Shown piece by piece: positions 1 to 9,795 of a DNA stretch of 43,960 nucleotides. The notes beneath the pieces are model-generated. The model made no database searches. It was not told the origin of the DNA and worked only from the letters and a program-made list of their open reading frames with translations. Origin of the DNA: a virus (Duplodnaviria; Caudoviricetes); the IMG/VR virus record IMGVR_UViG_3300036836_000002, positions 1-43,960 of that record. One strand, given 5' to 3'. The translations under genes and the position numbers were made by a program. Every line of letters starts with the position of its first letter. Position 1 is the first letter of the stretch.

Positions 1-127
1 GCGCGGCGCCGCGCTCACCGTGGCGATCACCGCCAACATTCAGCCGCTGCTGAATTCAGACGCGCGCAATTTTCGCAACCTGTTCGGATGGGAGTTGATC
101 AGCTACCCGCTCGGCACGCGCGCGATC
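1..127. repeat. Terminal direct repeat, left copy (circular assembly overlap)
   Basis: Identical to 43834-43960. The ORF entering at 42935 continues in frame through the junction. Confidence 0.95.
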
Positions 128-694
128 CTCAACGTGCCGCAGCTCGAAGGCGAGACGCAAATCCAGTATGTCATGAACACCATAAGCGGTGCATGGTGTC
201 GCTTCACCGGCATGAACGCAAATTGCTGGGCGATCTTTCAGGAGGAGCTTTATTTCGGCGGAAACGACGGCGTCGTCTACATGGCCGACGCCAGCGGCAG
301 CGATAACGGCAACCCGATCGACGCCAACATGCAGGGCGCATTCACGATCGGCAACAGCCCCAACATCAAGATCTTCTGCCTGGTCCGGCCGTTCCTGATC
401 ACCGACGGCGATGTCTCGCCCGGCCTGGCGGTGAACGTCGATTACCGCAATGACGCTGTCGTAGATCCGACGCCGGCGACGCTCGAGCCGGGCGCGGAAT
501 GGGACGAAGCGCTATGGGATATTGACGTCTGGCCAATAGAGGAAAATCTTGTCGCCGACTGGCAAGAGATTGGCGCGGTCGAGGGGACAGCGGTTTCCGT
601 GCGCCTGGCCGTCTCGGCCGAAGGCTCGAGCGGCGACGTCATCCTGCGCCTGATCGCGCTGCAGATCGCCTATATCCCAGGGGGATTGATATGA
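1..694 (+). CDS. Tail nozzle / packaged-DNA stabilisation protein, C-terminal part (gene starts at 42935 and wraps the origin, ~530 aa)
   Basis: ORF 20..694 is in frame with the ORF starting at ATG 42935 once circularised. Beta-rich sequence, located between adaptor/fibre genes and the GNAT/ejection genes as in podoviruses. Confidence 0.75.
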   Translation, partial: RGAALTVAITANIQPLLNSDARNFRNLFGWELISYPLGTRAILNVPQLEGETQIQYVMNTISGAWCRFTGMNANCWAIFQEELYFGGNDGVVYMADASGSDNGNPIDANMQGAFTIGNSPNIKIFCLVRPFLITDGDVSPGLAVNVDYRNDAVVDPTPATLEPGAEWDEALWDIDVWPIEENLVADWQEIGAVEGTAVSVRLAVSAEGSSGDVILRLIALQIAYIPGGLI

Positions 695-1185
695 GGATCA
701 TCGTTCCGCACGATGCGGCCGCCAATGACGCCATCGTCAAATGGGTGATGGGCAAGCTGCAGGCCCCAGCCGTGAAGCCCTATCGCGGCCTCGGCCTCGA
801 GGACGATCGCGGGCGCCTGGTCGCCGGCGTCGTGTTCAACGGCTACAACGGGGCGAACGTCGATATCACCGTCTATGGGCCCGGCCACATTGGGCGCCGC
901 GAGCTTCGCGCTGTGTTCGGCTACGCCTTCGGCCCGCTGCAGGCGACGCGCATCACCGCGCGCACCAGGCGCAAGAATGCGCTGCACAGTGACAAGATCC
1001 TCGAGCGGCTAGGATTTCGCTACGAAGCCAAAGCCGTGGCATATTACGGCGAAGGCCGCGCTAACGATGCGATGGTATACCGGATGTTGCGGCGCGAGTG
1101 CCGATGGATAGACCGGCCATCACCAAGACTTCCCCGTGCGGATATGAGAGATGGTGGCGCGGCTGACGCCATATATGCGGGCTAG
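691..1185 (+). CDS. Phage GNAT-family acetyltransferase
   Basis: 'GRLVAGVVFNGY..VDI', 'RAVFGYAFGPL..TRIT', 'LERLGFRYE', 'MLRRECRWI'. ATGA-coupled to the upstream gene. Confidence 0.8.
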   Translation: MRIIVPHDAAANDAIVKWVMGKLQAPAVKPYRGLGLEDDRGRLVAGVVFNGYNGANVDITVYGPGHIGRRELRAVFGYAFGPLQATRITARTRRKNALHSDKILERLGFRYEAKAVAYYGEGRANDAMVYRMLRRECRWIDRPSPRLPRADMRDGGAADAIYAG

Positions 1186-1845
1186 GACATAGCCTTTAAC
1201 ACCATCCGAAAGCTCTTTTCGTATTTGCGTTATCTGTTCGGCGGAGAGCTTCGCGCGCGGCCGCGTATTATGCGCGGCATCAATTGCCTCTGGCGAGGGG
1301 CATCCAGGCATTGACCTGACATGCTTCCAGGATCGCCCCGAAATGATAAAGTTTATTGTAGACCTTCCGAGGGCATATTCCTTCGCCAGATCGCCGGTCC
1401 TTTCTCCGGCGGCTTTCCGCTGCAGAAGCGTAAGCACCTGCTGATCTGTCAGAAATGAATTAGGGCTATTCTCGCCGCGCTTTACTAGTCCCGGATTCGT
1501 GCGCAGCGGATGCAAATCTCCTTTAGGCGCCGGACGTCCGCGCGCCCTGCCTTTATTGGCGCAATCGCGCATATTATCGGTTTGCGTGCCTAAAAACAGG
1601 TGCGCTGGGTTTACGCAACACGGGTTGTCGCAAGTGTGGCAAACAAACAGACCTTCTTGTATGTCGCCATTGGCGATCGTCCACGCGAAGCAATGCGCGC
1701 CGATTGGCGTCGCGCCGGGAAGATTAAAGGTGCCGTGGCCAAAGCCCGTCTTGTTCGCAGTCCATTCCCAGCACGGACCATCCTCACCGCGCCCCATGGA
1801 GACTTTGGACCAGAAGCGTGCGATAACTTTCCAGTGAAACTGCAT
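1120..1845 (-). CDS. HNH homing endonuclease with C-terminal HTH repeats
   Basis: 'RFWSKV..CWEW..GHG..AH..VCHTCDNPCCVNPAHLFLGTQTDNMRD', then two HTH-like segments. Antisense insertion in the late operon. Confidence 0.9.
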   Translation of the reverse strand: MQFHWKVIARFWSKVSMGRGEDGPCWEWTANKTGFGHGTFNLPGATPIGAHCFAWTIANGDIQEGLFVCHTCDNPCCVNPAHLFLGTQTDNMRDCANKGRARGRPAPKGDLHPLRTNPGLVKRGENSPNSFLTDQQVLTLLQRKAAGERTGDLAKEYALGRSTINFIISGRSWKHVRSMPGCPSPEAIDAAHNTRPRAKLSAEQITQIRKELSDGVKGYVLARIYGVSRATISHIRTGKSW

Positions 1846-1874
1846 GGTTTTCCCGATTAAATTCAGGTTTAGCT

Positions 1875-2837
1875 ATGGATGCGCCGAAGGCCCCCGACCC
1901 AAAAGCCACAGCGGAAGCTCAAAGTCAATACAATAGGGAAACCGCCATCACGCAGGCGGGCCTGAACAGCACCAACCAGGTTACGCCCTGGGGTAACCTG
2001 ACCTATACGCAGACGGGCACATGGGACGATGGCACGCCGCAATTCACGGCGACCACGTCGCTTTCCCCTGAGCAGCAAGAGCTTTACAACCTCTCGACAG
2101 CGACACAGAAGAACCTCGGCAATATCGGCGTCGAGCAGTCCGGCAAGATCCGCGACCTGCTCAACTCGCCGATCGACATGTCAAACGAGGCCGTCGAGTC
2201 GCGGCTTTTCGACCTGGGCAGCAAGCGCCTCAATCCCGTGTTCGCTGAGCGCGAGGGGCAGATGCGGCAGGATCTGCTTAACCGCGGCATCCGTGAGGGA
2301 ACGCCGGCCTTCGAGGCGGAAATGCGCCGCTTCAACGAGAGCCGCAACGACGCCTTCAATCAGCTGGCGCTGACCGGGCGCGGCCAGGCGATGCAGGAAC
2401 TGCTCACCGCACGCAACCAGCCGATCAACGAAATCACCGCGCTGCTGTCCGGCTCGCAGGTGCAGTCGCCGCAGTTCCAAAGCACGCCGCAAACGCCGGT
2501 TTCAGGCGTCGATTATGCCGGCCTGGTGAGCAACAACTACAATCAGCAGGTGGCGGCGAACAACAGCATGCTGGGCGGCCTCGCTGGCCTGGGCGGATCG
2601 CTTATCGGAGGGTGGGCAAAGACGGGATTCATGATGCCGTCCGATCGCCGCCTGAAAGAGGGGGCAAGGGTGGTCGGCAGGCTCGACAACGGCTTGCCAG
2701 TCTACGTTTTTCGCTACGTGGGAGATGATACCGCTATGCTGGGTCTCATGGCTGATGAGGTCGAGCAGATTCACCCTGAAGCGGTGGGGGAAGTGTCGGG
2801 ATATAAGGCCGTCGATTACGACCTGGCCGTGGCATAG
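1875..2837 (+). CDS. Internal virion / DNA ejection protein with C-terminal peptidase S74 (autocleaving chaperone) domain
   Basis: N-terminal 'APKAPDP..TA.AQ..NQVTPWG', Gly-rich hydrophobic segment, then 'SDRRLKE...GLPVYVFRY...GLMADEVE..PEAV..GYKAVDY'. Confidence 0.75.
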   Translation: MDAPKAPDPKATAEAQSQYNRETAITQAGLNSTNQVTPWGNLTYTQTGTWDDGTPQFTATTSLSPEQQELYNLSTATQKNLGNIGVEQSGKIRDLLNSPIDMSNEAVESRLFDLGSKRLNPVFAEREGQMRQDLLNRGIREGTPAFEAEMRRFNESRNDAFNQLALTGRGQAMQELLTARNQPINEITALLSGSQVQSPQFQSTPQTPVSGVDYAGLVSNNYNQQVAANNSMLGGLAGLGGSLIGGWAKTGFMMPSDRRLKEGARVVGRLDNGLPVYVFRYVGDDTAMLGLMADEVEQIHPEAVGEVSGYKAVDYDLAVA

Positions 2838-2852
2838 CGAAGGGGGCCTGCG

Positions 2853-4529
2853 ATGGCGTCGTATCTGGTCAAGCCGGGCACCTCGGCCGAAGATCTGGCC
2901 GCGCAACGCGAGTTCGCGCAAAGCCTGCTCGCGAATGCCGCAAGCACGAAGCCTGTCGGGCATTGGACGCAGATCCTTGCCCAGATGGCGCAAGGCGGCC
3001 TGGGCGGATATGAAGCTTATGAACTAGGGCAGGAAGGTCGCCGGCAACAGTCAGAAGCGGGCGATCTGTTCAACAAAGCGATCCAATCCTTGGCGGGCAC
3101 AGGAGGCGCCACAGCGGCCGGAAGCGCGGCGGCTAGCCCAGCCGCTCCGATGGCCGTTTCGCCAGCCCAGAGCGCCGCGGCGGCCGCGGGGCGCGTCATT
3201 CCGGAGAGCATGCCGCAAATCGTGCGCGGCCTGGTCGGGACAGAGTCCGGCGGCGATCCCAATGCGCGCAATCCGCTGTCATCAGCGACCGGGCGCGGCC
3301 AGTTCATCAACTCGACCTGGCTTGACATGATGAAGGGCGAGCCGGAAGCGCAGGGCAAGACGCCGGCCGAGATCCTGGCCATGCGCACCAACCCGGCGAT
3401 TTCCGATCGCATGACGGGCAAATACGCCGAGCAGAACGCGGCCGCGCTGCGCGCCAGTGGCATGGATGTGACGCCGGGCACGATCAAGTTGGCGCACACC
3501 TTCGGCCCGGCCGGCGCCAGGTCGATCCTGAGCAGCCGCGACAACGTTCCCGTCGCCCAGGTGATGCCGGCGAACGTTATGCAGGCGAATCCGTGGATCG
3601 GGAATAAGACAGTCGGCGAGCTCAAGACCTGGGCCGATAGGGCGATGGCGCGGGAAATGCGCGTCGCCGGCAATGCGGCGCCGGCGGCCGCGCAAGGCGC
3701 GGAGATAGCGCCAGCGCGCCGCGAACGGCTGTACGGCGTCGCCCAGAAATTGCTTGGCAATCCACGCACTCAGGCTGCTGGACAGGCGATCTTGCTCAAA
3801 CTCATTGAGCAGGATGCCAAAGCCGATGGCACGGTGGAGCGCGGCACGACTGCGCATGCAATGACCGATGCAAACGGCAATGTGGTCTATGGGACCATCG
3901 GAAAGGATGGAAGCTGGAAGCCTCTATCCGGCGCGCAGGGATATCGGGCAACCCCCAAGACAGCCACAAGCGACACGGGCACGGAGATCATCACGCACGA
4001 CGTCTACGGCAACGAGATCAGCCGGACGCGCAAGGATGTCGCTGGCAAGGAGCGGGCGGAAGAAATCGGCAAGGCTGGGGGGCAAGCACAGGCTGACCTG
4101 CCGCGCGTCGAGAACAATGCCAGCACGATTTTCTCATACATCGACTCCCTAGCTTCGGACCCCTATTTGCCGAGCATGACGGGGCCGGTTCAAAGCCGTC
4201 TGCCGAATTTGTCAGGGGACGCCGCGCGCGTGCAATCCAAGGCCGATCAGGTCGGCGGTCAGGCCTTCCTGCAGGCGTTCAGCGCGCTCAAGGGCGCGGG
4301 GCAGATCACGGAAACTGAAGGCGCCAAAGCAACCGCGGCTCTATCGCGCCTGCAGGCAATGGGCGTGAATGACGCCGATTATGCAACGGCGCTTTCAGAC
4401 TTCCGCCGTGAGGTCGTTAATCTGCTTGAGGTGGCGAGGGCGAAGGCCCGCAGCGGAGCCAGCAATCCCGATGCGCCTCGCCCTGTGAAAACGCTACGCT
4501 TCAATCCCCAAACTGGGGAGCTTGAATAA
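2853..4529 (+). CDS. Internal virion protein with lytic transglycosylase domain
   Basis: 'TESGGDPNARNPLSSATGRGQFINSTW' (catalytic ES and GxxQF motifs), 'LAHTFGPAGA'. Confidence 0.85.
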   Translation: MASYLVKPGTSAEDLAAQREFAQSLLANAASTKPVGHWTQILAQMAQGGLGGYEAYELGQEGRRQQSEAGDLFNKAIQSLAGTGGATAAGSAAASPAAPMAVSPAQSAAAAAGRVIPESMPQIVRGLVGTESGGDPNARNPLSSATGRGQFINSTWLDMMKGEPEAQGKTPAEILAMRTNPAISDRMTGKYAEQNAAALRASGMDVTPGTIKLAHTFGPAGARSILSSRDNVPVAQVMPANVMQANPWIGNKTVGELKTWADRAMAREMRVAGNAAPAAAQGAEIAPARRERLYGVAQKLLGNPRTQAAGQAILLKLIEQDAKADGTVERGTTAHAMTDANGNVVYGTIGKDGSWKPLSGAQGYRATPKTATSDTGTEIITHDVYGNEISRTRKDVAGKERAEEIGKAGGQAQADLPRVENNASTIFSYIDSLASDPYLPSMTGPVQSRLPNLSGDAARVQSKADQVGGQAFLQAFSALKGAGQITETEGAKATAALSRLQAMGVNDADYATALSDFRREVVNLLEVARAKARSGASNPDAPRPVKTLRFNPQTGELE

Positions 4530-6694
4530 TGCCAATCGTGGTCGAGGGGCCCGATGGTGCCCGAATCGAATTTCCCGACGGGACGTCACCAGATGTCATG
4601 AAGGGCGCGATGCGCAAGCATTATGGCTTCAAAGAGCCATCTGCAGACCCGGTTCTTGCGGACGTCAGAGCGCGTCGAGCATCCCTGCATGTGCCCATAT
4701 CGGGCATAGAAGACACGATGACAGCGGAAGAGGAGGCTGCTGCTCGCCGCGTCACTATGGAAGCCGAAGCGCGGCGTGCTCAGGAAGCTGCTACGCGAAC
4801 TCCTTTGCAGCGAGTCGGCGACACAGCTTCGTTTCTAGCTTCCCTGCCGGTCCGGATGCTCTCGAAGGGCGACGCAGGCGCAGGCGACGTGATGCGCTTC
4901 ATGGGAAGCCCCGCGGCCGGCGAGCGCGTGAGCGGCAGCGAGCAGGATTTTGCGCGCAATAATGCGCAGGCGCTCGAGGCATTGGCTGCAGCTGGCGATG
5001 TCGCCGCAGGCATCCCCGCTCTGGGGACGATGGGCGCAGCGCCGCGCAGTATGCTGGCCGAGGCCGGCCGCGCTGCTCGCGCTCCGATCAGGAGTGCTGA
5101 GGATGCTGTTAAGTTTCTGGCGGAAGTCCCCGGCGCATATGGCCGCGAAGCCAAAGCGCTTGGTGGTGAATTGCGCAGGATGCTGACTGACACGACCGGG
5201 GCCGCCGGCCGCTTGCCGGCGCGCGGGCTGGCGGCTCCGTTGCCCCCATCTGCGGCGCCTATGCGTAACATGGCCACCGATGACGATGCGCTGGCGGCCG
5301 CGAGCAGGCTTGGCATAGACATGCCGCGCGCCGTAGGCGGTGGGCGTCTGGCGAGAAGCGTCGCCGGACCGCTTTCCGCAATCCCTTATGCTGGGGCGCC
5401 GATCGAGCGCGCTTATCAGCGAGGCTTGGCTGGCCTCGGGGGGAAGGTTGACGAGCTCGTCTCCGAACGCGGCACGCCAGGCGCCGCAGTAGCCGGCGGC
5501 GACGTCAAGGCCGGTGCTCTGGATTGGATCAAGCGACAGTCCGCCGAACTGATGGAAGAGGCATATGCGCCACTCGAGCGGCGCATAAAGCCAGATACGC
5601 GCATTGACCTGACCAATACGCGAGCGGCAGTTCAGGCCCTGCAGGCGCGCGCGGCGGAAAGCACCTCTGTGACTGCCGCGCCGGCGATAAAGATCGTCGA
5701 GGAAGCCGTCACTCGCCCCGGCGGCCTGACCTTCAATGGGCTGAAAGAGCTTCGCACGGACATCGGCGCACGGCTCGAGGCAGCGTCGATCGTTCCGGAA
5801 GCTGGCACATCCATGCCGGCGCTAAAACGGCTCTATGGTGCGCTGACGGATGACATGGAAGCTCTGGCAAAAAAGCACCGCGCTGGCAAAATGCTGAGGG
5901 AGGTAAACCGGACCGCCGCCGATATTGCCGGCAGACGCGAGGAGCTGCAGAAGATTGTAGGGCGCCAAGGCGACGTCGCTCCGGAGGGAGTGGTCGCAAA
6001 GGTTGCCTCGCTCGCCGGAACCAAGGGAACGGCCAACATTCAGCGCCTCGAATTGCTGCTGGACAGCATTCCCGAACAGGCTCGCGGCAATCTCGCCGCC
6101 GAATTCATGAACCGCTTAGGGCGCAATCCCAAGGATGGCAGCTTTTCCGCCGCTCGCTATACGACCGACTATGGGAAGTACAGCGAAGCCGCCAAGACCA
6201 TGATTTTTGGCGAGGCAAAGAAGGCGCTCGACGATCTTGTGACCGTGGCGCGCCAATATGAAGCGCTCGAGGCGAAATTCAACCGATCCAACACAGGCAG
6301 CGTCAACGCCCTGATGGAATATATCCTGAAGCCAGGCGCCACAGCTGCCGCCGTAGGCAGTGCGATCGCTGCGCCCGTGGCAACAGCCAGCGCGGGGGCC
6401 TTGGGGCTGTCTGGCCTCACTGCCGGCCGGCACATGGCAAACTATCTCGCCAAGCCAGCCGTGGCGGGAGCGGCCACGAAGCTTTTCAAGGCGCATGTCG
6501 CCAGGCAGCGCGCAATTCTTGCCGGCAATCGAGGTTCCGCCGCATCCGGCCGCGATGCAGTAGCTGCCGCAGCTGCCGAATATGCGCAGGCGCGATCGCA
6601 GGAAACGGGCGAGTCGGAGAGGGCAATCGCCAGGCGATTGCGCACGATAACGCGCGTAGGGCGCTACATTGAACGCATGGGGCAGGAGAACTGA
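4529..6694 (+). CDS. Large internal virion / DNA transfer protein
   Basis: 721 aa, Ala-rich helical. N-terminal 'VEGPDGARIEFPDGT' and 'GLTFNGLKELRTDIG' are typical of podoviral ejection proteins. Confidence 0.7.
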   Translation: MPIVVEGPDGARIEFPDGTSPDVMKGAMRKHYGFKEPSADPVLADVRARRASLHVPISGIEDTMTAEEEAAARRVTMEAEARRAQEAATRTPLQRVGDTASFLASLPVRMLSKGDAGAGDVMRFMGSPAAGERVSGSEQDFARNNAQALEALAAAGDVAAGIPALGTMGAAPRSMLAEAGRAARAPIRSAEDAVKFLAEVPGAYGREAKALGGELRRMLTDTTGAAGRLPARGLAAPLPPSAAPMRNMATDDDALAAASRLGIDMPRAVGGGRLARSVAGPLSAIPYAGAPIERAYQRGLAGLGGKVDELVSERGTPGAAVAGGDVKAGALDWIKRQSAELMEEAYAPLERRIKPDTRIDLTNTRAAVQALQARAAESTSVTAAPAIKIVEEAVTRPGGLTFNGLKELRTDIGARLEAASIVPEAGTSMPALKRLYGALTDDMEALAKKHRAGKMLREVNRTAADIAGRREELQKIVGRQGDVAPEGVVAKVASLAGTKGTANIQRLELLLDSIPEQARGNLAAEFMNRLGRNPKDGSFSAARYTTDYGKYSEAAKTMIFGEAKKALDDLVTVARQYEALEAKFNRSNTGSVNALMEYILKPGATAAAVGSAIAAPVATASAGALGLSGLTAGRHMANYLAKPAVAGAATKLFKAHVARQRAILAGNRGSAASGRDAVAAAAAEYAQARSQETGESERAIARRLRTITRVGRYIERMGQEN

Positions 6695-8094
6695 TGGCAA
6701 CGCGGATCGATTGGGATGAGCTCTTTCCGCCGCTACCTGAGCCGGGCCGCAGGCGCATTGATCTGTCCGGCATGCCGGGCGCGCGCACGCGCGGCGAGGT
6801 GACACGCATCGACCTGGGCAACGTCGGCGACATCAATCAATCGAACGCCGTCAACCGCGCGGCGAAGGGCGACATGCCCGCCGATATCGTGGCCGAGATG
6901 CTTGCCGGGCAATCCGACGAAGAGCAAGCGCTGCGCGAGCTCGGCCCGATCGATGCGCTTGCTCGCAGCCTCGAGATCCCGCCGCGAATGGAGAACTACC
7001 AGCGCGGCCAGAATTCGCTCCGGACGGCCGAAGACATCCTGTCGATGATCCCAGGGCCTGGCAACGTTATAGCGGCCCGTGACGCCTTCCAGGGCGCCGA
7101 GGACGCCGGCGAAGCCTTCGGGGTGGGCGACACACGCGGCGGCCTGCTGAATGCCGCCCTGGCCGCTCTGTCGGGCGTCGGTGCCGTCGTGGGGCTTCCG
7201 ACGTCGCGCATGGCACGCGAGGTGGCGCGCGAAGCGAAGGACACAGCGAATGTGCTCATCCCCGCGCCTGCCGGCCGCGCTCGAGATCGCGCGCTTGAGA
7301 TGCGCGACGCCGGCAAGACCAATCCGGAAGTCTTCGCCGACACCAGGCGCTTTTTCGGCCCTGAGGGGCAGCCGATGATGGAAATCTCCGATCGTGGCAT
7401 GTCCGTGGACACATTGCCGTTTCAGGCCGGCGATCGCGCGACCTTCGGCGACCTGATCGACCATCCGGCGCTGTTCGGTGTGCGGCCGGAGCTCGCTGGC
7501 GTCCCGATCGACTTCACCGATAAATTTGTGACGCAGCAGGGCGTGCGCGGCGGCGTCGCGCGGCGCGGTCCAAACCAGGCGGCCGAGATCACCATCGGAG
7601 AGCGGCCGGAATGGTATCGCGAGCAGATTCCCAAGCTGCTGCAATACAAGATCGCTGAAGACAGCGGACTGGCATCGGCCCTGCGGCACGACCTGGTCGA
7701 CATGATCCCGGAATATCAGCGGGCCGTCGCCGGCGCGCGCGAGATCGTCGATGCCCCTCGACCGGGTGAGGATCTGGAAGCCGCTCTGAACTATCTGGCC
7801 AAGGTGGAGCCGTGGCGCGACCGCCTGGAAAATGCGCTGGTGACGCACGAGGGGCAGCGCACCGCGCTGAAGGACGCAACCAAGCTGAGCGCTGGCAATG
7901 CGAATGCCCGCATCGTGCGTGGCCGCGCCGTGGCATCGGATGACGTCATGCGGGCATGGGGGCCCTACCCATATCGACAGCACATGCCGAGCTTCGAGAA
8001 GGTCATCGCCCTGCCGCAGGAAGGCATGACGCGCGATCAGATTGCGGAGTTCCTGGCCAACTGGCAGAACTTCGGCGCCGGCGCGGGGCGGTAA
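6694..8094 (+). CDS. Ejected polyvalent-type protein: LPD23-like domain plus degenerate metallopeptidase-like region
   Basis: 'RALEMRDAGKTNPEVFADTRRFFGPEGQPMMEISD...GDLIDHPALF..RPEL' resembles LPD23. Last gene of the ejection cluster. Confidence 0.6.
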   Translation: MATRIDWDELFPPLPEPGRRRIDLSGMPGARTRGEVTRIDLGNVGDINQSNAVNRAAKGDMPADIVAEMLAGQSDEEQALRELGPIDALARSLEIPPRMENYQRGQNSLRTAEDILSMIPGPGNVIAARDAFQGAEDAGEAFGVGDTRGGLLNAALAALSGVGAVVGLPTSRMAREVAREAKDTANVLIPAPAGRARDRALEMRDAGKTNPEVFADTRRFFGPEGQPMMEISDRGMSVDTLPFQAGDRATFGDLIDHPALFGVRPELAGVPIDFTDKFVTQQGVRGGVARRGPNQAAEITIGERPEWYREQIPKLLQYKIAEDSGLASALRHDLVDMIPEYQRAVAGAREIVDAPRPGEDLEAALNYLAKVEPWRDRLENALVTHEGQRTALKDATKLSAGNANARIVRGRAVASDDVMRAWGPYPYRQHMPSFEKVIALPQEGMTRDQIAEFLANWQNFGAGAGR

Positions 8095-8117
8095 AGAAAA
8101 AGCCGCCCTGAGGCGGC
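8093..8117 (-). terminator. Intrinsic terminator oriented on the minus strand
   Basis: Minus strand reads GCCGCC-TCAG-GGCGGC-TTTTTCTTT. Confidence 0.6.
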
Positions 8118-8197
8118 GCAGTAGGTTCTAGGGAGGAAACGCCCAGGGGTGTAAATTCCCAAGCATTCACGGCTAAAGCTCTAGCACGGGCGCCCAG

Positions 8198-9046
8198 ATG
8201 ACCGCAATCACCATACCTAACACGTTCCTGCCGAGCACCACGATTTCCAGCACGGCGATGAACCAGAACTTCTCGACCGTGGCGACCGCGATACAGGCAA
8301 GCGTTGCGATTGATGGATCTGACACTTTGACGGGTCAGCTGCGCGCGCTCGCCGGCACGGCCGCGGCGCCTGGCTACAGCTTCGGCGTAGACCTTGACGT
8401 AGGTATGTACCGCAAGGCGGCAAATGAGCTCGGCTTTGCCACTGCTGGCGTGCTGGGCATGCACCTCGACGCCTCGCAAAAGCTATGGGCGGCCGGCGCC
8501 GTCGACATTGCCGGCGCGCTGTCCGTGGTCGGCGCCGTGACGATGACCACGCCATTGCCGATTGTGAGCGGCGGCACGGGGCAGGCCTCGGCCTCGGCAG
8601 CATTCGGCGCGCTGAAACAGACGGCGGATGAGACGAACACGGGCGTGGTCGATCTGGCCACGATCGCCGAGATTCGCGCGGCGACGGCGGGTGCGCACGC
8701 AATCCCGGCTTCTGCGCTGGAAGCAGCCTCCGCTATCGTCACCATCGCAGACGGTGCGACAATAACGCCTGATTGGGATGCCTTTATTTTTGGTCAGATT
8801 ACGCTGGCTGGAAATCGGGCCCTGGCAGTTCCAACCAATCTTCAAATCGGAACGTGGCGAACGATCTGGATACAGGGCAATGATGGGACGGGCAGGACGC
8901 TAACGTTGGCCGCTGGTTACTTGGGGCCACATCGTGCGACATGGAATGCTTTATCAATTACCTTAACCTCGCGCTATATCATGAGCATCATGCCGCTCAA
9001 CGGAACTGACGCCGTGATCGTCGGCGCACCCTTGGGGCCGTTCTAA
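8198..9046 (+). CDS. Tail fibre protein
   Basis: N-terminal 'PNTF...TISST.MNQNF' anchor, 'PLPIVSGGTG', 'TNTGVVDLATIAE' fibre repeat, C-terminal 'ITLAGNRALAVPTN...GTGRTLT'. Confidence 0.75.
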   Translation: MTAITIPNTFLPSTTISSTAMNQNFSTVATAIQASVAIDGSDTLTGQLRALAGTAAAPGYSFGVDLDVGMYRKAANELGFATAGVLGMHLDASQKLWAAGAVDIAGALSVVGAVTMTTPLPIVSGGTGQASASAAFGALKQTADETNTGVVDLATIAEIRAATAGAHAIPASALEAASAIVTIADGATITPDWDAFIFGQITLAGNRALAVPTNLQIGTWRTIWIQGNDGTGRTLTLAAGYLGPHRATWNALSITLTSRYIMSIMPLNGTDAVIVGAPLGPF

Positions 9047-9795
9047 TGGATCTGTGGCTTCCCCCCAAACCCGCCATCATCCGGCCTGCGCCCGCTGATC
9101 TGCGCCGCGCCAACTTTCTGCCGGGCTGGTTTCCAGGCGCTGTGGCGGGACCAAGCGGTCCTGACTTTAGCCACACGGCATCAACGCAAGATGACAGCAA
9201 CGCGTTGATTTATACGTTCTCGTCACAGTCTTTCGGGGCAGATGCGTCAGATCGCAGAATCATTGTCGCGGCATATGCCTCAGCCGCAAACATCAATGCA
9301 TCAACATCTCAGATTACCATAGGCGGCACTTCCGCGACAATTCATGCCCAAGCGCAGAATACTGGCAACACGCGCAACGGAATTGTCGCCATCGCTTCGG
9401 CATCCGTGCCGACTGGGGCTTCTGGCGATATCGTCGTCACTTACACGGCTGATGAGTTTACAGTTCTGCTAGGGTGCGCCATAAGCGTTTACCGAGCCGC
9501 AGGCCTCGTCAGCGGCACCCCATTTGATACGGCAACCGATTTCGGCGCCAGCCCATCACTGCTCATCGATATCCCCGCGCAGGGTTTCCTGGTCGCCTGT
9601 TCGTCAGGCGTGAGCGGAACCCTAACATCGTGGCCGTCACCTATGGTGATGGATAGCGATGGCGGATCGGATGGCGTGCGACTAAGCGGCGCGCATGCCC
9701 CGGTCCAGTTTGCTGCGTCAACGAATTTCGCTGCCGGCCCTTCTGTCACTGGTGGCTCCAGTCCTAGTCGTTGCGCCGCGGTGACGTGGCGCTAG
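9046..9795 (+). CDS. Putative fibre-associated receptor-binding protein
   Basis: TAATG-coupled to the fibre gene. 'LWLPPKPAIIR' leader and a Ser/Thr/Gly-rich beta domain. Confidence 0.55.
   Translation: MDLWLPPKPAIIRPAPADLRRANFLPGWFPGAVAGPSGPDFSHTASTQDDSNALIYTFSSQSFGADASDRRIIVAAYASAANINASTSQITIGGTSATIHAQAQNTGNTRNGIVAIASASVPTGASGDIVVTYTADEFTVLLGCAISVYRAAGLVSGTPFDTATDFGASPSLLIDIPAQGFLVACSSGVSGTLTSWPSPMVMDSDGGSDGVRLSGAHAPVQFAASTNFAAGPSVTGGSSPSRCAAVTWR

Noticed and set aside
6733-7983. Long antisense ORFs (also 15585..16655, 39884..40981, 41776..42774, 17797..18666 and similar)
   Set aside because: Shadow or alternative frames of real genes in GC-rich DNA, with no motifs or RBS.
8198-9795. Diversity-generating retroelement or invertible tail-fibre cassette
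   Set aside because: No reverse transcriptase, invertase or template/variable repeat pair was seen.
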